Shown piece by piece: positions 44,301-53,810 of a stretch of 64,000 nt of DNA. Under the pieces are notes generated by a model. The model saw only the letters and a program-made list of their open reading frames with translations. It had not been told where the DNA came from and searched no databases. Position 1 is the first letter of the stretch. Every line of letters begins with the position of its first letter. The stretch lies in NCBI RefSeq assembly GCF_048593235.1, contig NC_133622.1, positions 250,112,055 to 250,176,054 on the forward strand, read 5' to 3'. The translations under genes and the position numbers were made by a program. The DNA is from Sminthopsis crassicaudata (taxonomy: Eukaryota).

Positions 44301-47300
44301 AGAAGAGTTAAGGGGGTGAGAGGAAAAAATTGTGCTATCCTTGGGGGGTGTGCTGGGGGCAATAATAATAATTGTGGGCCTCAGCCACACTCACCCCGGG
44401 GGGGTAGGGGGGGAAAGAGCATATGAATTGTGGTGTTGAATTGAGAAAAAACTTGAATTGGCATGAACGTTCCACTCAACGCAATGAGCCAAGGAGCCAA
44501 AATTTAGATATTCTTAGAGACCCTGTGCTCTATTAGGGAGAGAAGAAAGCCTGTACCCCCAAAACAGCACAACTATTTATTATTCGATAATGTAAGCTAT
44601 CGTTATTATTAAATCTTTGATTCAGACTAACTGGGACTCAAGGCTACCGCAGCTACATGGCTGCCACAATGGAGAGAGATGGTTCAAGGCTTCGCGTCTG
44701 CTTTTCCATCAATGTCCTGGCAGGCTGCGCCAAAGGCCCACGAGTCAACCTGTTTTCTGGCTGTTTAAGGGTTAGAGGTTGGGGAGTCTGAGTAGAGAAA
44801 ATCGTTAAAATGGTAAGGCAGCTTCTAGAAGAGGCTGCAAATGCAGATTGGGTCAGACACCTGCCTAAGTCTGAGCCTGCAAACAGCAAGATTGGGGAGA
44901 GCCCGTCTCGCTCTCCCCCAGGGTTTACAAGCCCAGAAAGCAAAGCAGATTCGTTCTCTTTTTTAAAGAGTAAAATGCTGTTGCTACAAGTAAAAAAATA
45001 CCAATTATAAAAAGGTCAGTTTACCACAGCTGTTTTTGCGGTGATAAAAAAGAGGTTACACTCCTAGAATTTTGAGTATGGTTATAAAAAGGACCAGAGC
45101 TTGACATTGTGAATGACAATTTAGTAGCAGCTGCAAGAAGGGAGAGAGCATATGGATCAGGTTATCAAAAACCATCCTGGAAGTAGCCTTGTTTGAGTTG
45201 AGAGGCCCTTGCCTTGCCTAGCTGGAGAGCAAGGACTGAAAGCGGCTGCTCCCACTGTCTTCTCAGCCTAAAGGAACCATGTCACGCCACATGTTTGTTA
45301 GACACACGGTAGGATAAAAGGTCAGGTTTGTTCATGACTAATGACGGCTAAAGGACACCTCCGTTTCTAGCATCTGGATAAACTGTTGGCACAATCCAAG
45401 AAGTCAACAGTAGGAAACAAGACTCCCCCATTGTCATTCTACTACCCCACCTTACACATTTAAGCTAAGAGAAGTTCATTAACGATTTAAACTGTGCAAG
45501 TTAAGCAGCAATGAAATTGCATTAAGTGGCTTAATTTCAAGGTTATACCTTCTTAAGCAATCGTTTAGTCATATTGGAAACTGATTCATGCATTTGCCTC
45601 CAATCTTGGCCATACGGACTCTCTCCAAATGAATGGGAGGGGAAGGAAAAACTCCGCTCTGCTCAGGTTTGATTTCTAATCACAGGCTTGACGTTTCTAA
45701 GATCAGACAACCCTGGCCAGATTCCCGCCTGGACTTGTGTGCTGCTATCAGGGAATGGGCATTTCTGGCTGACTGCTGTGTGGACAAACTTTGGCTTTCC
45801 GGTCCTTCCTTACAAACCACACTGGCTATTTAGGTGCCTCCCAAGAATTTCACCCCTTCCCATGACCTTGGAAAAACAAAAGCTAGTTTCCTAGTGGTTA
45901 GATTGGTTTAACTTCTTCACCTCCACAATAGCAAATTAGATAAAACTGATCTCTAATCCCAATTCCTCCAGGGAGCAAAGGTTTTGTTAAAAATTCACCT
46001 TTTAGAGATTGGTTTAGTAACCTGTAAACACATAGTTAAAGGGAAAAAAGCCAAAAGGGCACTCTACAGTTGTGGTCTGTAACCTAGAATACGTAACCCT
46101 CCCCAAAAAATAAATAAATAAAAAAGGAAAAAAAAAAAAAAAAAAGAAAAAGAAAAAGAAAAAAAACAGCCCAACCCACGACAAAACACTGCAAGTGAAA
46201 AATTAATGAAATGTAATGGGATAAGTAAAACTAAGGGGTCAATGTGGAGAAGGAAGGAAGTTAATTTGTTTCCTGGCAAACAAGGGGCAGCAGAAAGATG
46301 CATGAGTGAGTGGCCTGCGGCCCATTACATCATCTTCCTGATTTAATGCACCATTAATTGGGTAATGAAAGCCAAAAACAAATTAGACACAAAAGTCGAG
46401 TTTTAAAGCAAAATGAGCTCAATTGTGCTGCATGCTCTAACCGAAAATCGAATGTAAATGGAGGGATTCTGGCCCTCCTCTTAAGACAACCAGATCGAAG
46501 CTATTCCAAGATCAACAAGCCAATAAAACAACTGGTTAAAAAAGTGAGATCCTCTCAGAGAAACGGTTCGAGATTGTGAGCTGAAAGACCAAGGTGACCA
46601 CAGCTGGTTTGGGAGGGCCCCATTACCCCTTTCAAAAAAATATTTTAGGGCTGCATTTCACCCCAAACAGATGAGAGACCCTAGGCCCTCCTCCCAACAC
46701 CCCCAGGCTTTGGCCAAAGCTGCGATATTATTAGCTGGCAGTGAAGGAAGTTGGTTAGAAATCTCATCTGACTTTAAAACCATCTCAAAACCATGAGAAG
46801 AAAACTGACGTTTATCAGCTACCCAAATTGAATCTCTGGGTTGCTTCAACCTCAATGATGCACAAAAAATATTTCTTAATCCTGCACCGTGTGTACCTGT
46901 GAGGAAGATGCTACGTGGGCTCATGGCCAGAGCAGGCTCTGAAAGGTCAGTTAACTGGCCGCCTGACTCGCCCTGCACCATTATTAGGTTCAAACCTACA
47001 CGCTTACCAATTGGAAACCAGTTGTCCATTTCCTGCGACTTTTGACTTTGCTAAAAATTAAGTTTCATTCCAAATTTCTAACTGTTAACTGCTGAATATA
47101 TTGATATAGAATTTTAATTCTTAGTTCCCCAAAGAGTCAGAGTACCAAAGGCATCTTATCAGGATTTCATTGAACTGACACATTATGTTGNNNNNNNNNN
47201 NNNNNNNNNNNNNNNNNNNNNNNNNNNNNNNNNNNNNNNNNNNNNNNNNNNNNNNNNNNNNNNNNNNNNNNNNNNNNNNNNNNNNNNNNNNNNNNNNNNN

Positions 47301-50300
47301 NNNNNNNNNNNNNNNNNNNNNNNNNNNNNNNNNNNNNNNNNNNNNNNNNNNNNNNNNNNNNNNNNNNNNNNNNNNNNNNNNNNNNNNNNNNNNNNNNNNN
47401 NATCTCAACATCAAAGCATGAAGAACTTGGAGACTTTGAAAGGGATGACTGACCAGGGTACAAACTGAGGAAAACCCCCAACCACCTACCAATCATATAG
47501 TTCGGCAGGAGTCCGTTTCTACTTCTAGCTATTTTTCTGTTTTATCAATTGGGAAGCAAACAGTTTGTTGGAAGAGGGGTTAGCAACAAAGGCTGTCTAA
47601 TGACTAAGGCTGACAACAAAGCATTTCTTGGGGAGGTGAGACATGTCTGCTCTACCTGTCCCAAGTGACAAAAGCTTGCTGCAACTGGTAACAGAAATAA
47701 ATCCTGGATGTCAGCAATACCCCACCCCACCAAATTAACCTCTTCAGGGCAAGTCTTTTTTCTTCTGTTTCCCTCATTAAAACAAGTAATGTGATTTGTG
47801 CTGAGGACCAATTAATACAGGACAGGATTAATATGGAAGTGATACCAGTTGAGCAAGGGTTATTTCCTTTCCAATGTGGGCAGACTGATTTTCTTCCAAA
47901 TCCCCTTAAGATAATCTGGTTACCACTTTAAAATGTTAATAGTAGAGAAATTCACATACATCCTAATGTTCATACTACCAGGCCCATTCAAATTAGAATA
48001 TAGCTACCAAAATACCTGCTATGCAAGTGTTAGATTACAAGCAATATACATAAACCAATAGCCACAGATGCAAGAATTGTTTTGTTTTGTTTTACCACAA
48101 AGGTTTTTAAGGGGACAGGCACAAAGGGAGTAACATGTGACCCCCCACCTTGGTTCTCGACATTTGAGGCTGTATAGAAGAAAGGAAGGTGAGGGTTTCA
48201 CAATCATAATAATAATGATGATGATAATGATAATAATGATATTAACCTACCAGTGTCCCTGAGCAATGTTACTTAATTTCAGAGATAATAATGAGACCTG
48301 TAGTACCCAGGGACACAAGACCATTTCCCCCCAAAAGTTATTGTCTGAATAATCACCTATTTCTTACCTTTAGACCCATTGAGAATTCTGAGCGTTAGGC
48401 AAACCTACAACCAAGGGCAATGACCTACCAAGCTTTTAATTAACAGGACTTAATGGGCTCCCAAACTCAAGGCATCTAGTTTCTTCTTTTACGCCAAACG
48501 TCAAAATAACCCAGGTTCAGCAGCCCAAGGTGACGTTCACCTTCATGTTAACTTACTTACTGAGATGTGGGTACAGGAGACCTAAAGCTACAGCCTCCTT
48601 TAGTCTTCTGGACAGAGCCCCACACACTTAGGACTTCAATCAATTCCCTCTACTAGAAGTTGGTCTTGTCTGAGTTCTGTGGTTTGGGTTTAGCTACGTT
48701 CTAGCCTGGGTTGGCCCCCCCCAACTCTGCCCAGACTGCTGCTGTAAATAACTCTGGGGCTTTGTCCATTAACACAAGAGACCTACGTACAAAGGAAGCC
48801 CATGGCAATGGGCTGTTTTCCAAGGGATAAGGGTTTTCTATGGGTGTTAGTTTCCCAGAGCAACCCTCCACTAGAGGGCGGGTTTCCCAGAGAAGGGGAA
48901 AGCCCATCAGAAGGCCTGCCTCTGGAGTCCGGGGCACCTGGGGAGCCTCACAGCAGCCCAGAAAAGAGGCCACAGCTCTCAGGTTCACAGAGGCACATAA
49001 AGAAATCCATGGCACAGACCCAGGAAAACACCTTTGCTGCCTGCCTTGAAGAAGCCTCTGGATTTGTTTAAGGCCACAGCCTCAGATGCCAGAGGAAGAA
49101 CTATACAGCCTCCGTAACAGGAAATGAATGGTTAAATTAACTCTAGATATATCTACACGTTTGCAAATAAAGATAAATATCTGCGTTAATATCTGACGTC
49201 AAAAACAAGAGATCAATTTGTGGTTAACTTGCACTGCCCGTGGCAGTTATTCCCGAGAGAGGTAAAATCTTTTAAAAACACTTGAAATGTCCCGTCTGCC
49301 CTTGTCCAGGCTCTCAACTCCCCAGACCCAGTTCCGTTCCCAAGCAAGTATCTCTTTCCCCAGCCCAGTTCTTTGTGAGCAGACACAAGAGCCTCTGTTT
49401 AAAACGGTTCCAGAGACCAAACCACCACAGATGCTGAAGGGAAAGTTTCTGGAACCAAATGTGTGAGGAAAGATGAACCATCACCCAATTTTCTCTCAAG
49501 CACCCATGAGCCCAAGACTCTTCTGCCCCCTCAGGCCACAAAGTGGGAACCCGGGGAAGAAGACAGGCTTCTTGGGGAAACGAGGGCCGGGTCCTTCGTG
49601 GAAGGGAGGCCACTCGCTTCCACAAGTGCTGCTCCTTGGGGTCTCCTGGAAACCCTGACTTAGAGAAGCCCGACACCCCCCTCCCCCACGAAGTTGACTA
49701 AGTAGCTGTTGGGAGGAAAACTGCAGGTGGGACTAAGCTCCCCCACCCCAGGGACCCCCTCTGGCAACCCCGAGACACTGTGGTCGTGGTCAGACGGGGC
49801 AAGGCTGCACACTGGGCAAAAGCTGGCGAGTTCAGACGTTAAGCAGTCACCCCCACAGTGACCAGAGGCTCAGGAATTCTGAACCGGGTCTCTCTCCGCC
49901 TGGCCGCCGCCGGACCCCGTACGTGTGTGCAGAACCCCTATTTACCTATGTAAGCTCTTTCTTGCTCCCTGGTCAGGCCCGGGGGGATCACGGTCGGCAT
50001 GCCCGGGATCACTGTCTTCTGTTCCATCGTGTCCTGATTCCAGCGGCTCCTCTTCCGCTTCTTATTGGGGAAATCTGAGGGCGAACACCGACCGTTAGCC
50101 GCAGACAAACCAGGCGCTGCTAGGAGCCTGGGGACGCCGCGGAAGGCCGTGAACCCCCCCGGGGGCTCCCGCTGGGAGCCTCTGCTAGCGACCGGGGCAT
50201 ATGGGAACCCCTAGACCCCCTGGCAGAGTCCCGCCCCCACCAGGTTCCCCTCTCTCTCCCGGCCCCGTTCTCACCACCCGGGCGGCCCAGCATGGCCGAG

Positions 50301-51310
50301 GCTCCTCCGCGGGCCGCCGGCCCTCCTTCCTCACAGGCCTCGCTTGCCCCATATGAGGCGGGGGCGCCCCGGCCCCCTCCCTCTCCACCCGTCCACCAGG
50401 AGGCGGCCGCGGTTCAACCTGCCCCCACTCCCGCCCCCTTCGATTTGCTTTCAAAGGCGCGCAGGCGCAGCGAGCAGTCCCGGCAAGGCCGACCAAGCAG
50501 CCCCAGCAGCCCGCGCGTGCGCGCAATACTTCCGCGCCTGCCCAGCCCCCCCTCCCACCCCGCAGAGGAAGGCGCGTGCGCGCCAGCCGCTCCCCCGTTT
50601 CGGGCTGCGCGCGCAGGCGGCGGCATGCCCCTCGGCCCGGCCTGGGTTGGGTTGGCCCGGCCGGCCCCCGGCCCCCCCACCCCCACCCCGTCCCCTTTCC
50701 CCCGGCCCCCGCTGCGCGCGCCCCCGCCGCCGCGTGCCGCCGCCGTGGTGCCGCGCGCCCCTCGGGCGGCCGGCCTGTCCGCGCGCCGCCGGCCTCTCTC
50801 TCGCTCGCTCTCAGCGTCCGACTCACCTCCTCCCCCGCCGGCCGGGCCCGGCTGCGGGTCCTGGAGCGGCTGCGGCAGCGGCTGCGGCGGAGACACGTGC
50901 TGGAAGAGCGGCGGCGGCGGCGGCTGGGGCGGCTGCGGCGGAGGAGGCGGCGGCGGCGGCGGAGGGGGCGGCTGCGCCTGCGGGTACGCGGGACCCGGCG
51001 GCGGGGGCGGCTGCGGCGGGGGCCCGGAGGCCGGACCGGGGGCGGCGGCGGCGGGCGGCGGCGGCGGGGGAGGCGGCGGCAGCGCCGCGAAGGGGAAGGC
51101 CGCGGCCAGCGGCGCCGCCATCAGCCCCGGGCCCACAGGCCCCAGCGGCAGCCCCGCCCCGGGCCCCGGCCCGCCCCCCCCAGGCCCCGGCGGCGGCGGC
51201 GGCGGCGGCTCGAAGGCCCGCTTGGGCCCGGGCCCCGGGGGGAGGCCGGGCGGGGCCGCGGCCGGCGGGTGCAGCTTACCCAGCGGCGTGGCGTTCGCTC
51301 CGGTCGCCAT
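38312..51310 (-). CDS. SF1: Splicing factor 1 (branch-point binding protein); several C-terminal isoforms; exon 3 and most of exon 13 lie in N gaps
   Basis: [31 protein letters not shown]2 (GLLIGPRGNTLK), zinc knuckle [14 protein letters not shown] and proline-rich tail all assemble with GT-AG junctions. Confidence 0.95.
38562..39090. other. Two assembly gaps (38562-38842, 38871-39090) covering most of SF1 exon 13
   Basis: N runs separated by a 28-nt island. Confidence 1.
38843..39091 (-). CDS. SF1: SF1 exon 13 (proximal terminal exon), mostly unsequenced; stop presumably in gap 38562-38842
   Basis: Acceptor CCGCAG|A at 39092/39091. The 28-nt island 38843-38870 reads CTCCGCCGCCTCCGCCACCTGGTTCCGC (PPPPPPGS), matching the known [10 protein letters not shown] segment. 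Confidence 0.75.
39601..39777 (-). CDS. SF1: SF1 exon 12 ([10 protein letters not shown]...PLPWQQ)
   Basis: CAG acceptor; GTGAGT donor; 177 nt. Confidence 0.94.
39903..39962 (-). CDS. SF1: SF1 exon 11 ([19 protein letters not shown])
   Basis: AAG acceptor; GTAATG donor; 60 nt. Confidence 0.92.
40284..40557 (-). CDS. SF1: SF1 exon 10 ([12 protein letters not shown]...HHGPPPM); alternative donor extends it to 40280
   Basis: TAG acceptor; tandem donors GTAAGTAAGT; 274 nt. Confidence 0.95.
40813..40993 (-). CDS. SF1: SF1 exon 9 ([10 protein letters not shown]...NNPPPP)
   Basis: AG/GT boundaries; 181 nt. Confidence 0.95.
41881..41988 (-). CDS. SF1: SF1 exon 8 (ILRPWQ...[17 protein letters not shown])
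   Basis: AG/GT boundaries; 108 nt. Confidence 0.95.
42096..42211 (-). CDS. SF1: SF1 exon 7 (IRNILKQG...EDDN)
   Basis: AG/GT boundaries; 116 nt. Confidence 0.95.
42480..43010 (+). mobile_element. Old L1 3' fragment in SF1 intron 6 (antisense to SF1)
   Basis: CCTTTTGATCCAGCAAT...ATGTTTGTAGCAACCCTTTTCGTGGTGGCAAGAAAC...GAGGCCTGGAGAGACTTA, typical marsupial L1 ORF2 end and 3' UTR. Confidence 0.8.
43258..43441 (-). CDS. SF1: SF1 exon 6 (GNTLKNIEK...AVEQ)
   Basis: AG/GT boundaries; 184 nt. Confidence 0.95.
43699..43788 (-). CDS. SF1: SF1 exon 5 (PPATRVSDK...LIGP)
   Basis: AG/GT boundaries; 90 nt. Confidence 0.95.
43952..44104 (-). CDS. SF1: SF1 exon 4 ([14 protein letters not shown]...PADY)
   Basis: AG/GT boundaries; 153 nt. 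Confidence 0.95.
47191..47401. other. Assembly gap probably containing SF1 exon 3
   Basis: 211 N roughly midway between exons 2 and 4; exon 3 was not found in the sequenced part of the interval. Confidence 0.85.
48868..48881 (+). promoter_or_regulatory. CTCF core motif CCACTAGAGGGCGG
   Basis: Exact match to CCASYAGRKGGCRS, in SF1 intron 2. Confidence 0.55.
49946..50074 (-). CDS. SF1: SF1 exon 2 ([15 protein letters not shown]...RAYI)
   Basis: CAG acceptor with upstream GGCTAAC branch motif; GTAAAT donor; 129 nt. Confidence 0.95.
50827..51279 (-). CDS. SF1: SF1 alternative exon-1 extension (proline-rich N-terminal insert, +151 aa)
   Basis: Frame stays open from the ATG to a second donor GAG|GTGAGT at 50826 with the same phase (484 = 3n+1). 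Confidence 0.75.
51280..51310 (-). CDS. SF1: SF1 exon 1 coding part ([10 protein letters not shown])
   Basis: ATG at 51310; donor G|GTAAGC at 51279. Confidence 0.95.
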
Positions 51311-53699
51311 GGCGCCCCCGGGGACCGGCGCCGGCGGCGGCTAGGGCGGCTCCGGGGCGGCGACTTGGACTTGGCTTGAGCTTCGCGAACCTTCCCTGGG
51401 GCCGCGGCGCGGGCGGCGAGGCTCCTCCGAGCGGACCGGACCGCAGCGCACCGCGGAGCGAGCGCGAGCTCCTTCCTCTCACGCGGCGGGCGCGGCGGCG
51501 ACGACGGCGGGCGGGCGGCGCGAGACGCACAAAGAGGGAGGAGGGGGGCGCCGAGGCCGGGGGGGCGGGCCCGCGGCCAGGGTGCTCGTCGCCAATTGGT
51601 GGAGGGCCGGCCCAGAGAGGGGACGGGAGCGCTTGGATTGGCCGAGCTGCTCCTCAAAGCTGGGTGAGCCGGGATTGGCCCGAGCCGTTAGGAGGAGAGA
51701 GGAAATGGCGGCGGGGGTGGGAGGGAGCGCGGTGCGCTATCCATTTGTTACTGCGCGAACAGAGTTCTAGGCTATCTGGGTGCGTGTGGGGGATGGAGGC
51801 GAACTCTATGACGTCAAGGAGAAGCGGCCCTCCCATTGGCCGAGCTGAATTCAGTCTATCAAGCGCGCAGATAGGTCGGGATTGGCTGCTCTGAGTTCTT
51901 GGCTCTTGCCCCCGCCTCCTTCGCCCGGGGGAGCAGTTTCTTCCTCTTTGGGGAAGAGGTTGTGGCCTCCGAGTAGGCGCCTGGTCGAGGGGCGTAGAGT
52001 TGCGCATGCGCACGGGAACCCTGGCTGGGCGCTGGGCGGACTCGGGTGGTGGAGGTGACCCGCCCCTCTCGGGCCTAGGACGGGGATGCTCACCGACCTT
52101 GACGTAGCAATTTGCCACGTGATCTCAAGCGCACGCCCCCTCCACCCCTACAGGTCCACAGGGAAGGGACCTAGGGAGACCATTTGTCCACACGGGGAAA
52201 CTGAGGCCCGAGGTGGTCAGGACGCCCAGTCCAAGCCCACGACCTTTTGGGCAAGCGTCCAAGCAGGATAGGAGCTCAAGTTCCCATTCCCCCTCGGTGT
52301 TGTGGATCCCCCCCACCACACTCGCGCCCCATCCGGATCTGGTTTCCGCCCGGGGATCTCGAAGCTAGAGCGTCATCAGATCTGCCCCCGCCCCGAGGCC
52401 ACCTAGGGGGTTCAGCTTCCCAATGGGGGGCAAGGGCGATGACGTCATTGCCTCAGCTGCCATAGCTGTCACAGTTTCCACGGTTCCCCCCCCTCTCTGC
52501 ACCCCAGCTCTCGAACTTTGGTCACCTCGTGGCATCCCCTGCCTCAGCCGTCAGCATTATGAATTGCCTGCTTGCCCTCCCTCCCAGCATGCCCTTGCTA
52601 GCTTCGGGGGCCGCCCCAGGGGGCCTCCAGTCCCATCCTCCTTCCCTCTGGGACCTCTGCAGTTTGGCCGGGCCCTCCTAGCTGCCAACGGGCAAGGCTC
52701 AGGCCACTGACAGGCGCTCTTCTTCCTCCTTTCTCCATCTCAGAAGCCCGGGGTCGCGTCCCTCCCTCCCCCGCTCCCCACTTCCGCCCTGGTCCTGCTC
52801 TGGGCATGCCCCTTCCTTCACCCTGAGCTCTAGCTCTTCCCCCTCATCCTCCTGCTGCAACTCCCCGGAGCTGCTGCTCCATATTATGAATTACTCATTG
52901 GAAATTTCAACCGGTGGCCCCGAATGTAAATCAGCACATGCCGGGGCACTTTTTTCTCTTTGGCCGGATTTTCATAAAGAAATGGGTATTTTTAAAAATG
53001 AATATACATGGGATAACCAGAAAAAAAAGGCATCTCAAACTCGGCCTGCCTGAGTGAGCCATTACCCCTCCTCTCCTGCTCTTTCCTCTCCCAAATGTCC
53101 CCTTTTCAATCCAGGTCTCCCTCCCTCCAGAAACAGCCTCTTCCCTCCACTTAGTTGCCAGATTTTGCCATTTCTCCCTCCAGAACCTCTCTGACCGCTT
53201 TTTGTATCCTGCAACTTCTAGCTTAGTTCAGACCCACATCACCCGCTCATTTCCTCACACCAGTCCCTCCAAAATGTCCATTTCCCATCTCCAAGCCTTT
53301 GCCTGCAATTTCTTCGTTCCTTAAAGAGGCCCTTCCTTCTCTGTTCTTTAAACGGATGCTTGAGCGGCGTCTGCCTGAAATCTTTCCCGAGCCCCCAAAG
53401 TACATTTGTACTGACTGACTTATATTTACATATTTATGTCTCCATGTGTCCCCGTGGATTTGTTACATCTAAGATCCAATGTAAACTCTCTCCCTGGCAC
53501 TGAAAGCTTGTTCCTTTTCGCCCACTTCTTCGCGCCCCCCCCCCATTGTGGGTTCTCTTGACAGAGGTACCGAGGGCTGCGCCATTTTCTTTCAGACGAG
53601 GAGACTGAGCTAAACAGGGTGACCTTGTGATGCTTTCTTTTCTCTAAATTGTAAATTGTCTCTATTCATTCCGGTGACTTAGCACCTTGCAAGAATCCT

Positions 53700-53810
53700 A
53701 ACATGAGGTGACTTGCCCAGAGTCACACGACTGGGAAGCGTCTGAGGCCAGATTTGAACTCGGAAAGATGAGTCTTCCGGATTCAGGCCCCCTGCCCGCC
53801 AGCTGCTCTA
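53700..53810 (-). mobile_element. MAR1-like marsupial SINE fragment
   Basis: GTGACTTGCCCAGAGTCACAC...TCTGAGGCCAGATTTGAACTCGGAAAGATGAGTCTTCC. Confidence 0.7.

Larger units (their letters stand above)
50100..52130. promoter_or_regulatory. SF1 CpG island and promoter
   Basis: CCAAT/ATTGG at 51592, 51637, 51674, 51835 and 51881; YY1-like AAATGGCGGC at 51703; CRE TGACGTCA at 51809; NRF1 palindrome TGCGCATGCGCA at 52001-52012; E-box CACGTG at 52116. Confidence 0.85.

Noticed and set aside
44105-49945. Loss of SF1 exon 3 / SF1 pseudogene
   Set aside because: All other sequenced exons are intact and an N gap sits at the expected position; a gap is the simpler explanation.
50292-51894. 350-aa and 516-aa plus-strand ORFs over the SF1 promoter
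   Set aside because: Antisense to the proline-coding SF1 extension inside a CpG island; compositional artefacts.
52880-52940. CArG-like CCATATTATG and octamer-like ATGTAAAT suggesting an snRNA-type promoter
   Set aside because: Both motifs are imperfect and I saw no PSE or snRNA body nearby.
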